Below the pieces are notes generated by a model. That model saw only the letters and a program-made list of their open reading frames with translations, had not been told where the DNA came from and searched no databases. Below, one piece after another: positions 41,813 through 56,120 of a stretch of 64,000 nucleotides of DNA (within the stretch, counting starts at the first letter, position 1; the number at the start of each line of letters is the position of its first letter). Location: positions 19,778,001 to 19,842,000 of the forward strand of contig NC_045138.2 in assembly GCF_008831285.2 (NCBI RefSeq), in the 5' to 3' direction. Both the position numbers and the translations under genes were made by a program. This DNA comes from Nymphaea colorata. Its lineage: Eukaryota.

Positions 41813-44567
41813 CAAAGGTTCGAGACTACACCAAGGTTTAACGAAGAAATGAAATATTTGTCAACTTGGCGATATAGCGAATAAGCATAGCATCCTAAGA
41901 AATTGACATTGAAGCTAAAATTCATCATTCATAGACTTTTGAAACAAAAACATGAGAAGTTGCACTTAAAAAAAAAAATCATCCATATTAGGTGTTAAAA
42001 AAAAGTTACTTTCAAGTAAGAGTGGGTGGTCAAGCTACATTATTTGGGCGGCTACAAGATTCCTTTGTATTCTAGATGGTAGCAGTGACTTCCCAATTGT
42101 CAATGTCACTAAGTTGATAGGATGGCCGGTGATTGAAAATCAAACGTAGGTGAAATAGTGATTCAGAGTCCAAAGACAAACGAACTTGGATAAAATCTCT
42201 AAGAAAATCTCACCCACCAAAAAGCGATCCTCAGATTTTTTATCTCCTTGTTAGCACGCGACCTTCTAGCTTCCCCCAAGGAAAACCACATACATTTGAT
42301 CTGCTGTGCTGCCCAAAACTGTCCGTGTTTTTCAAAATTGATATTATATCTTTGGCCTTTCGGAGGAGGAATGGACGTTTGGTGGCCCCAAAAGAATACG
42401 ACGTTTTGTAATTTTATATAGTTTTTTCCATTGAAGCTAAGACCCTAAATGGAAGAAAAAATTTAAAAAACTGAGAGGGACAGCCATAGAAGTTCTTCCA
42501 AGTGTTCTTGGAGCGTATCTAAGTTATATAACGTGATATTATGAAAAAGAAGTCGGCCTATACCATTATTGCATGCCCTACAAAGTTAGGGTTTACATTA
42601 TTGAGCTCTTAGTCATGATGCATCAACATTACAACTCAAATAATGCGAATCAATGCAAATAAGTTTGCTTTCCATGAAATTAAGTTAGTTGGTTGTTCAT
42701 TTGTTAGTCCTGCTTGGTAATAGTATCTACTGAATAGCTCTATATATTGTTCTACTAAACACATGTCGCATATTGTTAGATTCATTAGGTGTTGATTAGC
42801 TTCTATTTTACCTTGTTCTTCATATATCTTATCTATACTCGAATGTGCAAGCTCTGTTTTGATAGATCCTAAATATTTTTTTGATATATCTAATGGATTT
42901 GTTGGGGTAGTACATTTGCTATTTGTTTCGGCTCTTAATGATTCTTAGTTGTTCGAATCATAAATACACATTTTCTACAAATAAATTTTCTATGTATGTT
43001 ACTACCGTTTTAATATCGATCTTATTTTCAGTAATTTGTTTACTTATTTCAGCTTTCCATAATATTTGTAATATTTCTTTAGTATTATCAAGATTTAAAA
43101 TTCCTTGTTTAATTGTTTTTTCAGTAAACTTTGTTTTTAATCTCGACTGTCATATTTTTTTCTCATTTACTATGGTGTCAGTTTATTATGATATTCTTCT
43201 TTTGGGTAGTGTTCTATCTCTTCTTGTGAATTTATTATGTTTGTGAATTTATTATGTTTGTATATACACGTGTTAAAAGAAAAAGAAAAGAGAAAGGGGA
43301 GTGGGACCCGGGCTATGTTAACTTAAAAAATGTCAACTTCAACCCAAATCAATATTCTTTAATGCTATCAAGATAGCGGTCTCTAGAATTGAATGAAAAC
43401 GAATACATAATTAATACACACCACACAACCCCACCAATCATGCTATCCAGAGAAAGTCAGTTGCCTTCTGGTTGTAGAATGATGTGATGGATGGGAGCTG
43501 CTACTTGCTACTAGCGTTATCAAAATTGGTTCTTAAAAACTTGGTAATATGCCATAAGTTTTTAACAAAATCGTTTTAAAAAAAAAAAAAACAAACAAAC
43601 AAATAATGTATAAGATATTTAAAAATGAAAATTTGAAAAATATTTTTTAAAAAGGTTGATAAGGGACCCTCTCTAATATTTTGAGGTATGTGCATTGGTA
43701 ATACAGGGAGTTTTAATCTAGGGTATGATAGTCCCATCTGAAGCTAGAAATACTTTGCTAAAGAGTATCTTATTGTAATAATATGACAAAATTGAAGAAC
43801 TGATACTTGGGAGTTGCATAGAAATGAGATGTGGAGAACTGGACAACTAAGCCTAAGCATCGGACCGATAACGAGTCGGACCTAAGCTAACCCGACATCC
43901 AAAAACCGGGCCCGAGCCCAGCCCGACTCGGAAAGCCCAAGCCCAGCCTGATTAAATTTAAAATATATTTTTAATATAAATAATATATAAATATTAATAA
44001 AAATGTAAAGGAGGGGAAGGGTAAGAATATCTGCATTCATTCTCGAAAAAAAAAAAAAAAATCTCGCATGGATGAATGAAAATGGAAGGAAAGGATACAT
44101 GTGGGGGGGAAGGCAGAGGCAGGTGTGTGGGCAATTGCCCACATAGACCCACAAAAAAATGTTTATTTTTATATTGATATTTCATAGCATTTTTTTCCAT
44201 TTATACATCGCTATCCCTTAAAAATTTACAATTATATAACTAGTGTCCCTTAGCCAGAATTTTCTAACTGTATCCCTAGATAGAGACAAAAGTGTTTGGA
44301 TGGAAGAAAAGGAAAGAATGATGTGCCTGTTTGAATAAGAACAATGAAGGTGTTTGGATGGAAGAAAAGGAAAGGACGATGAGCGTGTTTGAATGAAAAC
44401 GTGGAGGAGGGAAACGAAAAGCATATCTGTTTTAGTTTGAAAAGGAAAGGTATGTCATTCAGAGGAAATATCATAAATGTCCCTCCTCCATCCTTCTGTC
44501 ATTTTGGACTTGGCAAGATCATATAATATGACAAATTGTGTTTGAATAACGTAATCTACTGTCCCAA

Positions 44568-44843
44568 GGGGCATAGCTCAAACAGACAAACTTGGTGTGT
44601 GCGTCGTTAATTCAAGACTCACTGGGGCATAGCTCAAACAGACGAACTTAGTATGCGCGTCGTTAATTCAAGACACACTGGGGCATAGCTCAAACAAACG
44701 AACTTGGTATGCGCGTCGTTAATTCAAGACGCACTGGAGCATAGCTCAAACAGACGAACTTGGTATGCGCATCGTTAATTCAAGACGCACTGGAGCATAG
44801 CTCAAACAGACGAACTTGATGTGTGCGTCGTTAATTCAAGACC
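44568..44843 (+). repeat. Tandem array, 5 x 56 bp
   Basis: Units start at 44568, 44624, 44680, 44736, 44792; consensus GG(G/A)GCATAGCTCAAACAGACGAACTTGGTATGCGCGTCGTTAATTCAAGACNCACT. Confidence 0.95.
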
Positions 44844-47800
44844 CAAGACCTAGTAGACCATGAGGGAAAAAGATAGGAAAAGAAAGAGACTTGACTTTCG
44901 CCCGAGGAGTGAAATATATCCCCTTGCTCACCTGAAATCTATTTGTCATCTATTTAACTTTTTACTTATAAGTCTCATCGGAATGAAATTTTGTGGCGAC
45001 GTGTGGTGCTCTGCTCCTATTATTCTTCGTCTACCAGCTCATAATTTTCACGTGCACATGTAGGCTGGAAGATGCAAAAAGAACCACATGAACACCCACG
45101 TGCATGTTCGGCCCCCTCACACGTTCTTTTGTGAGGGGTATGTTAGTCATTTACAAACATCCTTTTTCTCTTCGTTATTTCAATTTAAGATATTTCCCGT
45201 AGTCAAAATTTTATAAATTTTTCTTGCGCCGTCAAACTTGGGATGAAAAAATTAACTGTTAAGTTGGTTTTCATAAATGTCTTTCCAATTTTTTTTTCTA
45301 CCCTCAAGGGTGGAAAAAATCTTTTAAGATGAAACAAATAACCGTTGAACTCTCAAGCATTCCTTAATCCAACTATTCTCTTTCTTCATCTTTCATTCTT
45401 TTCAAATTAAAACATAAATCCAAGTCCAGCAAAAACAAAGGGGTTTTGGAAATCTGGATTTTGTTTTCATTTCTTGAACTGAACTAAGTTTACCAAAACT
45501 TATTTCCAACTCTATATTTTCAATATATCAAACGACCCCTTAACGACATTTTTTTCCCTCACTACAAGGGCATTATCATCAATTTAAGCTTCTGAAACTC
45601 ATAAGCCTCCTCCGATGTAGGCCATACACTATATCATTCATGAGAAGCGATCAGGTTTTGTTATAAGCTTGACTGGATGCCATTAATGGCGGAAATAAGA
45701 GCAGGAGAAATTCAGAATTACATTGCCATGATGCCTCCAATCCAAAACTTTTTTGGCTCTGCCACTGGTGGATGACGAAGATATTGAGAGATTTCAAAAA
45801 AAAAAAAATCATGCTTGACTTGGGACTTAGTTGAAATCACTGCTTAACTTTTGAGGATAAACAAGGAGACGCTGAAGATTTGCTGGAAATGATCAAATAT
45901 GTGCCTCTAATAACCACTGTTAGTATGACTAAAGCTTGAATTGAGTTGTAGATTCCAGCACAAAACCAGCAAGATATCATTACAGTTGATGGCAGGCAAG
46001 TTCTCTCAAAAAGAGGTGGTGTGAGTTGACGGTTCCCTTGATGTCATCAAATGACTCCACCTCAAGAAATGTCATCAAATAGCTTACACTACGAGTTCAA
46101 GCCAACTATTTGGTACCCCTTCTCCTTTTTAAGGGCACTCTGTAAGGATTATTTGGTGGGCCGGCATATGTCAATGAAGAATTTCAGACATTATGACTGT
46201 CTTAATGTAAATATCTGCTAAAGTGATTGCATTTTGAGATATTACATCATTTTATATGGTATGAAACAATTTTATAATGTATAGATACATATATGCAATT
46301 ATGGATTCTTTGATGGGTTGAATCCGTAATTACTCATAGTATAAAATGATAGTGGTCTCTGTGTCGTGCAACGGTTGCTTGAAACATTGTTTATAGGGTT
46401 GTCTCTTCTTTCATCTGAGAGAGATCGCACGTGCGCTGCACAGACTCTGGAAGATTCTATTGCGATCTACCATCTGTACCGTTCAGATGGATTCGAGTAC
46501 GCTTTCGCTACAGTTAAAATTTCAATTCAATGATTTAGCGTGAGCATGATCCTGTTTAGAGCATATTCTTTTCTTGTGTATGCATGAGGAATCCCCATCA
46601 CACTCCACTATGTGCAGGCAGTCGGAGTGTATTAGAGCTAGAAGCTCTCGACATTGGTGTTACAATATTGCACGCCATAACTTTGCAGTCTTCAACCAAA
46701 TTCTGTGAGAAAAACTATAAGAGATGCTGCCATGTATTATTCATGGGAACCAAAATATGTGGAAACCATAAACTACATTAATTTCATTATCACTGAATTC
46801 ATGAGAAGTGATGACATTTTGTTCTGAAGTTTGAGTGGATGCCAAAGATGTGAAGGGATCTAACTCAGAAACAATCAAGTGTCTATCAATTTCTTGTGAG
46901 GAAACTGCATTAACGGAAAAGCTATCAGCAAAGGCAAGAGGAGTCCACATGTTTACCAACCAGCTAATTTTGGTGCCAGACAAATCTAAATGTGAAGTCT
47001 TATCTTTACCATTGGAATCGAGCTAGAGACCTGCTTTCATGCATAATCGACCAGTTATACTATGTTCCTTAATGCTGCTCTGGCTATATATTTAATTATT
47101 TCTTTGTCAATGGAACCCGGTCTTCGAACCTTCACAAGAGCTGTAGTAGACCATACTGGTCTTCTTCATCCTTGATAGACAGGCCCAATTATGGCTTAGC
47201 AATAAGTGGTATCCATGGGAACTGAACTAAGACTCCCCATCTGACAGCCATTACTTGCCCCACTTGACCTGGTTTTCAAAAATGTATTTTGAGGAAAAAA
47301 CGATGACTGAAAAAATTTACAATTTGAAAAATGATGCTTGTCAAGTTCTCATTATAGTTGATCTTTTCTGAGCTGCAACTTGGGAATCGACTTGTAAATT
47401 ATTCACCTGTTGGAATGTTCCAAAACAAGGTTGCCATAATCGTTCAGAATGAGGGAACATCTTTTAATCAGAAAAAATTCACATAATCTCACGGCATTTT
47501 TCTCTAGATTGGTCTTTGTCATAAATAAGATTTAATTATTGGAAATCAGTAAGGCCGTCGGATGGCTGTATCCAACGGTCCACTTGTTCATTTATTTTTC
47601 AAACGGGGAGCAAAAGTTTTATCGGATGTCTTCAGAGAGACAAACGAAGATAGGTGTGGGAATCATTTTGGTGGACCAGAAGATTATCCCAACCCAGTTG
47701 GTCATTCAGTGACTAATTAGTAGTTGAATTCAAATTTGCTACGGAAGATTTCTTAACGAGTTTGACTGATATCCAAATCCAAGAGCACAACTCTCTTGCA

Positions 47801-47904
47801 AAGGAACACAATTCAAATTGAAAGTCAAGTCTCGAATTTTGAGTGGTCCTGGCTCATGGTTTGATTACACTACATTCCGAACCCAATCCAAAGTGGCTTC
47901 CAAG

Positions 47905-48261
47905 TAGGGACGTCCATGGGATTGAATTCCAAACAGATACACTCTTAACCAATTTATCCATTTAAATTTGAATTTGAATATACACAAAGAAAAGTCGCGT
48001 CGATTTCACAATCCAAATCTGATCTATATCCAATTTTTTAATTCGCATCCGAATTTAATTAAACATGATTGAAATCCGAATCCAAATTCAATCGATATAT
48101 CAAATCTAAGACCATATATTATTTCTTATATCTAGATCTGATCCAATTTTTTAATCAGATATTAAATTGTTAAATTACATGTCCGACCTTTTTCGAAATG
48201 GCTCGATCAAATATCAGATCTAAATAGGATGAAATCTAAGTCAGAAGTATTGACATTCATC
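47905..48261. mobile_element. Degenerate hAT-type MITE with ATCCGA/ATCCAA subterminal motifs
   Basis: Left TAGGGACGTCCAT and right ATTGACATTCATC resemble TAGGGATGTCAAT...ATTGACATCCCTA termini. Confidence 0.45.
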
Positions 48262-49199
48262 TCGTGCTATAAAGCACTTGCACCGTGTTGTCATTATAAG
48301 AGTTGGTGTTCAAATTACTCGCTTTGAGTCAAACATGAGAGAAACGCTGCCCTGGCAGAAAGAATTGCGGTGGCCACAGAAAGGAATGGTGGGCACGTCC
48401 GTCGTCCGCCCCAACCCCAGCCAAACAAATGTGAACCGCTGTTGTCAACGTTCATCAGCCGCGTGTCAACTTGCCGACTCAAATACAGCATATCAGGTTG
48501 CATCAGTTGGATAGCATCGACCCGATCACGCCACTCCCCATTTTTTATCTCAACTAATTTAAATTCATCTAAAAATATCATATTTTTCATAAACCATATG
48601 GGCCAATATCAATGAGCAGATAGATACATTACATAATAAAACCTCGGCTTTCGTTTGAGATGAAGTAGAAATTCGTTGAAGGGATTCAACGTTAAATGTT
48701 CTTTTCTAAACCTTGTCAGGCTGTCAGCACATATTACCAGTAAATAAATTGAGAATTCAAGTTCTGTAATGGATTAGTTGGAACTAAGTAACCACAAAGG
48801 TTAATAACTTTCGATAATTCTAGTCTCGAATAACGTCGTAACGGGCTTACCAACTAGCTAGCGTGCTCACCGTAGCTCGACTTTCCATAAAGATGGGCCA
48901 ACAAGTCTGAGCACATCCAGCAAGATCATTTTGTTATTATCAGCTGTGATTAGAGGTCCTCCTGGCCTGCATGGCACTGAGATGGAAGGACTCGGGGAAA
49001 TGATCAAACAGCCATGCTCAGACAGCAGGAGTTCCCTGAAATTTACATGACAAATCTGAACAAAAAAGATTGGTCAAAAAAGCCAAAACTGCAAGAACCA
49101 ATAAAATGGAAAAAAAAAATCAGATTAATGTCTTTCTAGCATTGTCAGTATCCTTTTGACAGAATCGCCATTTTACAACAAAAAGCATGCAGGAGTTGG

Positions 49200-52100
49200 T
49201 CAGGTTCGTTGCCTCACTCTCCTCCCGTTAGTGTCCGTCCCGTCGGAGAGCTGAGCCCAAACACTGCGGCTCTTCCCCTGGCTGCTGCACTCCTCGTCAC
49301 ATCCGGCAACCGTCTTCAGAAGTTCGGACTGCAACGAGGGGCAATTCTCCTTGAGATACTCAAAACCCTCCGTCAACATTACCGCTGCATTGAAGGTTTT
49401 ACACCATTCAGACATCTCGCATTTGAAAGAATATGTTGCCAATAAAGGAAATATAGCAAAGAAATCTAGTGAGATGACAGATGGGGTGAACAATCACTTC
49501 TGCAATATTCGTTAGGATCGCAAGAGAAACAAGAAAAGAGAAATCTAAGGCACAGGAATTGGCAGAACCAATGAAAATTTGAAGTAAACAAAATATCACG
49601 ACCAACCTGCAAGATTCTCAGCAGCAAATTTCAAGCAAACGGCCTTTAGCTCCATGGCATGGTAACGAACTGCCAATGCGAGGATGCTAGCAACTGAAGT
49701 CACAGTGATGTCTCTGCATAGGTAGGATTCGCACATCAGCCTAAGGCGTGCCAAGCCATACTTATCTGAAGCAGCCAACAGTTTTGCAGCTAGTGTTTCA
49801 GAAACAGAAGATGAACAGGATGGACTTGATGATGTAGCTAATTCGTCCTCCATCAGAGTGTCCGTGTATACAAAATGTAGCAAAGCCTGCCCAACATGGA
49901 CAACAAGTCAAGAAAGTATCACTGAAATACAAGGAAAATTGACTGGCTACCAATTACTGGGGGGGCGTACCAAGAACACAAAATAGTTGCAATAACAGAA
50001 TATTTTGGCATTGGAAAAAAGGGATTTCACCTTAAAAACCTTTGGTTCCAGATCATTGATAACAATTTCGTTGGTGTCTTCCTGCAGCTCCTCGAAGAAT
50101 TGAGCTCGAAATACAGGAGATCGAGCAGCTAATACCAGTTTATGGGAGTGAAATTTTTCTCCGGCCACATTGAAACTGACATCTGATCCTTCTTGATTAT
50201 CAAGAAGTACACCAAAATGCTGGCCTATATCAGATTCTGGAACTTGTATCGAATGTAACCTGAAGCAATCCATAGCTGACACCACCACACCAACTGTACA
50301 ATTAATCTTTAAGCAATCATCCTTCAGGTAATCTGAAGTTTCGAGCATAGCACGTCTGTAGAAGCGCTTGTAACCCCTACACAGAAAATTTCTTTTCATT
50401 GTGAGTTTGATTTATTAAAATATCGAAGTAAATAAGTTGATGCAAAGAGCTAAGTAGCAGTAATCATGTTAAATTAGCAGACAAGCACATTGTGAGGGCG
50501 CACACACTCTTCAAATATTTTTCAAGAGTTGCTTGCATGTGAGCCTGAGTAATTGCAATTAAAACTCCAGAATCAATTAATATTTTATTACACCTACATA
50601 CACTCTCAGTCTCAGGTTCTAATATAGTACATTTATATCCTTATGAGTCCAAGTCCAAGCACCCATGATATCTTTCGCAAGAAATTTATGCATGTTATTT
50701 CAACGATCAATATTTTCTTTTCGTCTAACAGATATTTCTTAAGAGTCTATTTTGATCATTTATCATAAATTCTAAAGATCGAGTAATATACACCATGCAC
50801 TCAAAATTCATTAAGCTTCTGCCGAATGCACTAACAAGATAATCTGCATACAGTGAACATCCAGGTAAACCTGAGGCAAAAGCCACCTAGGCTTCATGTA
50901 TCTACAGTAACACCACTAACATGCATTTATCTGGGGGCAAAGAACGCCTAAGCTATACGTACACCAACAATATGCACATGCAAGCCAATTGTACCAACCA
51001 AGAGGGCTTACAGATTCTTGGAAATATTTCACCAGATACCCTCAAGTTACCTAAACAACTGCATTCCTCAAATCAGAAAAGTGCTTTTATTGGGGAGCTT
51101 CATGTTTTATCAATTATCATATTCCAGGCATACCGTTCCACAGCACAGAGACAAGCATCTCAAAGGAGGGAATTAGGTTCACACTTTTCCTTACAAAAGC
51201 AAGTTCATGAAAGTATCTAGTATTCTAAATCAATTGGCCTGAAGCAAAATACAGCCTATCTCACAACCTTTCACTCCCTCAGGCAGTCATTTGCTAATCT
51301 ATTCAAGCAGATACTCAATATCTGACTGAACTGTTGTTCCCATTTTGAAATTACCAGAATATTTAATATCTGACTGAACTGTTGTTCCCACTTCACAATT
51401 ACCAGTATATCATCCATGTAAGGACTTGATCTAAAACTGACCTGTGTGCCCTAGGCTGGCACCTCCCAGCTTACCCGCTTCAGTTTGTATCTAAAAAAAA
51501 ATTACAAACACATGTATATAAAGCACTGAACATTTCTGAAAAAACTTCGACACAAGGCTCTTCTTGAGTCCTTCTTCCCATACTTAAGGTGTTACAATTC
51601 AACCACATATTACTCCGTGGTTCACCTCCTTATTAGTTCTACCATCCAAACAATCCTCTTTAGGAACTCAATCTTTGTTGAAATTACAGAGACTTTGCAA
51701 CGTCCATCACCAAATGACTTCACCAATTATGCTTAAGGACTCCTTCAGCTCTCAGTCATCTAAGCACACAACAGATCCCCACATCATGCAGTTAACCAAA
51801 CTTTGTCATAATTCAAGAATGTCATATTCTGGATTATGATCAAACGTATATAGAAAAATGATGAACAAGACAATGAATTCTGAAAAGTCAACTGAAAGAT
51901 TTCAAAGGCGGGTTTGTCAAATGACAAGATGGAAGCATAGATCAGTTTGTAGGGTTAGAACTAAATGAAATGCTTTGGACACTCAAATAAATCCCACAAT
52001 GCCATTTCTGGATAGCAATCTTATATTACAATTTACAATATACATGTTGAATCAGAGTTAGTGAGTTACCCTCATCGGGTCCAGCATCAGCTTCAAACCA

Positions 52101-53880
52101 ACATTTGGTCATGTTACGTGATCAAAACTCTCTCAGGTTTGCAACAGCCTCAAACCAACATTCACCGAATGCCAAGTAAATCCAATCATTTTTGCTGTTT
52201 GCACATGTTCTCTATAGTATTACCAAGAACTCACATGAAGATGCATCTCTAAATTGGATCTATTTAAATTTCAGGTCTGGAACTGGACCTGCTGCTGCAA
52301 AGTTCAGAGACGCACTCAGGACCACAATCCTCTAGCTAGTCATCCTCCTCGATCAGCCAAAAGTCAGAACCTATCTCTTGATCAACTCACTGAATCTCCT
52401 CACGTCCACACTCCCGCTGTGCCTCTTGGCAATTCACCAGGTACAGGATGATGTCCCGTTCTAGCCATCAGGAATTTGAAGTTTTACCAGGATTAGACCT
52501 ACTTCTCAGCACGCTTTCTTGTTATAGCTAGTCACGGGTTCTAGACAACAACTGAAAAATTCCCTTCTACATTTATCAACCACCCAGTAAACTTTTCCAT
52601 ATCATAGGGACGTCAGGCTGGTGATGCGTGGAAAAAGAATAAATAGAACAGCAAAGCATGCGTATATTCTTGTAGAAGTCCAAGAGAACAGGGTGCAGGT
52701 TGTCCTCAAGTTCACGCAAATAAAAAAAAATGTGTGGAGTTTCAATTTGAGCAACAACACGCAGGAAACATCGTCTTGCTAGTGACCAGCTTTGCATATT
52801 TTATAACCATGAGCAATGAGAAGGATTTAGATCACCTAAAGCAGAATCCATAAACTTCTTCAAATTGAAAGGCCTTAGTGAAATTATCGCACCTAATGGC
52901 CCTCATATTAGATAAGACGGTCAGTATACCTTCCCTCTAAAAATCACTTAAATGTAAAAAAAACAAACAAAAAAAGAAACTAATATCCCAGAACTGGAAT
53001 AGTTCTTGACAATTTAAGGTATGCCATGAAACCCTGAAAGAGTATCCCCTAGAAAAATGAATCAAAAACATCAGATGTAAAGAACCCAACAACGTTCAAC
53101 AATGTACAGCTTCTCAGCAGATGTGTGCAAAGAAGTTAACAAAAACTCTGAAAGATGATAAACCGAAACGATGATTTGTATGAATAGTGATTTTATGCAA
53201 TACCAACTATTTCAAAGCGAATTGAACGTGAAGCAAGTCGTCTTCAAAGATTACAGAAAAAGAAATAACATAACAAACAAGAAGATTAACCAAAGCAATA
53301 ACAAAAGGCAAGCGAAGCGAAGCCTAACAAGGTGAATAGAATTTTTAACATTGTTACCCCAAAAAAAAACAGAAAGAATCTCATTACAGACTTCTGAAAA
53401 CGAATAGACATATAAATGAACAACAATATAGAGCCTAGAAAACACAGCAGATATCCCAAACAAAAGCCTTAGCAGAACTCCTGATACCAACCACATGCTA
53501 CCGCGGTACTTCAGCGTATACGGCCCGCTCTCAAGGGACCTCTCGAAATGGCTGTGAATCTTGTGCTTTCCCTTCCCGCTCTGGTCGACAAGGGTGAGCT
53601 CAAAGAGCGCCCTGACATCTGTGCCTTCACTCGCGAGGGCAATGAACACAGAGACGTAGAGGGAGTTGTCCTCGGCGTTCTTCCCGTCGGGATAGAAGTA
53701 GATCGCCCACTGATAACCCCCAACGGTAAAATTATCGCTCGCTATGTGGCGCCCAACGCCCATCCCTTTCGCCAGAGAGTACCCCTTGATGACGAATTTA
53801 TGCGACCCGTTGATCGTCTCTGTTACCGAGCGGGAGCTCGTCGGCGAAAGAGCCAGGCCCTCCAGAGTGCCGTCAGGCAT
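49200..53880 (-). CDS. BPM4: MATH-BTB/POZ CUL3 substrate adaptor, BPM4/5/6 clade, about 399 aa; exons 53880-53492, 50376-50031, 49886-49607, 49384-49200
   Basis: [48 protein letters not shown] (MATH); [12 protein letters not shown] (BTB); C terminus SVWAQLSDG...GRRVRQRT. Exact paralogue number is tentative. Confidence 0.93.
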
Positions 53881-53959
53881 TTCCTCTTCCAACAAGCGAT
53901 CAATCGTGCAAGAGGCAAGAATTAGGTTTCCCAGAGAGGGCGTCCACGCATCGTCCGCA

Positions 53960-54057
53960 AAACCCTAACACGAACACGGCTGCGAAGACCCCGATTCCCT
54001 TGCGAGAAGAATCCCCGCTAGGACGATGGACACGTTGAACGGGGAAAATTAGGGTTT
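53960..54057. promoter_or_regulatory. Two telo-box motifs in the BPM 5' region
   Basis: AAACCCTAA at 53960-53968 and TTAGGGTTT at 54049-54057. Confidence 0.4.
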
Positions 54058-56120
54058 TGACAAAGAACCGAGCGCAGAATCACGCGAAAACCCTACCCCT
54101 CGTTTGCTCGCCCCCGTTTAGGGCTCCGGGGGAAATGAATCCGGTGAATCGGGATATGCCGACAGAAATTTGGGGACTTCCGGCGTGCGATCGACGGAAA
54201 AATTTCACGGTTCCTCTCGTTCGCTTCTACCGGAATTCTCCTCCCTCTCTCTCTCTCCGTCTTCTTCGTGAAAATGAGGGAAAAGGCGTTGGTTCTTAGC
54301 AATTTAAAAAGAAGAGACTTTAGCGAAGCAAGAGCGGAAGATGGCGTGTCTTACTTGCAGGGAAAAAGATGGCGGTATTTGTTGAGCCCCAATTCTTCAC
54401 CGCTAATCTTCAAAACCCGCAAAATTTTCCGAATTTTGAGATGGGTGCCAAATACTTTTCTGAAACTTTACTTTTTGTGAGTAAAACGCAAGTGGTAACA
54501 CAGCAGATTCAAGATATCGAAGTAAAATCTCAAAATCACACACTTTTCTGCCAAATAGTTCATCCAGTCCAGAAAATAACAAGGCTAGAAGTTGTTTCAC
54601 GACAATCAAGTTTTGTGAAAATTTGATTTTTTTTTTCAACGAATTTCTATGCCTGATTCGTGTGTTTAAGTGGTATGACTAAAACAACATTTTTCTTGTA
54701 AACAGTTTGGGGCAAGTTATTTACATCTTTCTGAAAACATCATTATGTTAAAATTGGGTTTTCACAGAGATCACCTAAACATACCTTAAATGTCACTTTG
54801 AAGGCTTAAATCAAATTCTGTCTTAATGGGGAAACGACGTTTTGCCTCCAAAATGATATTTAAAGGTGTCACTCAAATACGGCCTAACTCTTTTATACTA
54901 AGTAACAAACAACATAGGTAAAAAAAGGAAGAAAATGACTCAATAAGACAAGCATTTGTTATTAATGATGAAAGATAACATGCTCATTTTACTTTGTTCA
55001 AATCTAAAAAAGAAGAGAACAAACTTGAGTTAATGGGCAATTAATTAAAAGTAGGTTCCCCATTCCACAGTTTCTCTAATGCCACCACATTAAATACCAG
55101 GGATGGCAAGCACTTGCCACAAAATTAAATGCAAAAGGTCGATTCTCGAAGAAATCTTTCCTTGCTTTATAAGCATGTGGATCAGAAGAACCTTCCTGGA
55201 AGCCGTCGAGTGAAAATTTTCGTTCTAAGCTTCAGCTCTTGGCAATAATTTCTTGTAGGCGGTCATGGTTGGGTACTTTTTGTTACCACTCTTCCAACGT
55301 TCACAGAACGCCATGTCCCCGTTCAAAATAGAAACAGATATTCTCAACTGCAGTGCTTTCTTTTTTCTGAACTTGTAAGCCTCAAAACTTTTTTACAAGC
55401 GAATCCAATAAGAAAACCACGTTCAAAAACTAAGAATCAGAAAACAAGAAATCATAATATCTGCTCTTAAATGTGCATACCAGATTTTTATAAAGATCGA
55501 GTAGACATCAAAGCTGAGAACAATTAAAACTTAAAAAACAATCGTCGCTTCTACCCCTTCCAAGACCATGATTGCTGCATTTACTAGTACTTTGTATGCA
55601 AAGAGATTTCCACCTCTAAAGTCGTTTATCAATCATGCAGGTGCGCACACATTATACGGCCAAAGGTTAGAAAAAATATCATCAGTTTCTTTGATGGAAT
55701 ATACACGTGCATTTACAAAAAAAAAAAACAAAAAACAAAAAAAGGATGAATTCTTCTACTTCAGAACGAGAATAATGAACCTAATCAAACAAACATCATC
55801 TATAGATCCCCATACCATAAAACAAACCTATCAAAATTTTCCGTCCGCAAGTACATGCACCTTCCTCTTTCAACGGTCCTAAAATGAAAAATGGTGGAGT
55901 ACAAGAACATGAGCCCATAAACTGAATTCTACATTCTATGTTAGTGAAAGTACATTAGATGTCGGACGAGTTTGATCCCATTAACAGGTAGGAGTAATGA
56001 TATTCATGGTAAAACCATGGATAATTCCCAACAAAAAACATGATGTGGCGATACCCATGTTGCCACCCTCTGCCACAGGCTTGCATACTATTTTAGTGTA
56101 GCTGCCATGCACATTCTGCC

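Noticed and set aside
41830..41970. hAT transposase C-terminal remnant
   Set aside because: Only vague similarity with multiple stops; not supportable without a search.
44568..44843. CRISPR-like array
   Set aside because: Units repeat over their whole length with no unique spacers; no cas genes; eukaryotic context.
51317..51410. 49-bp intronic duplication (also small ones at about 30-150, 4763-4810 and 11875-12000)
   Set aside because: Ordinary local slippage duplications away from splice sites.
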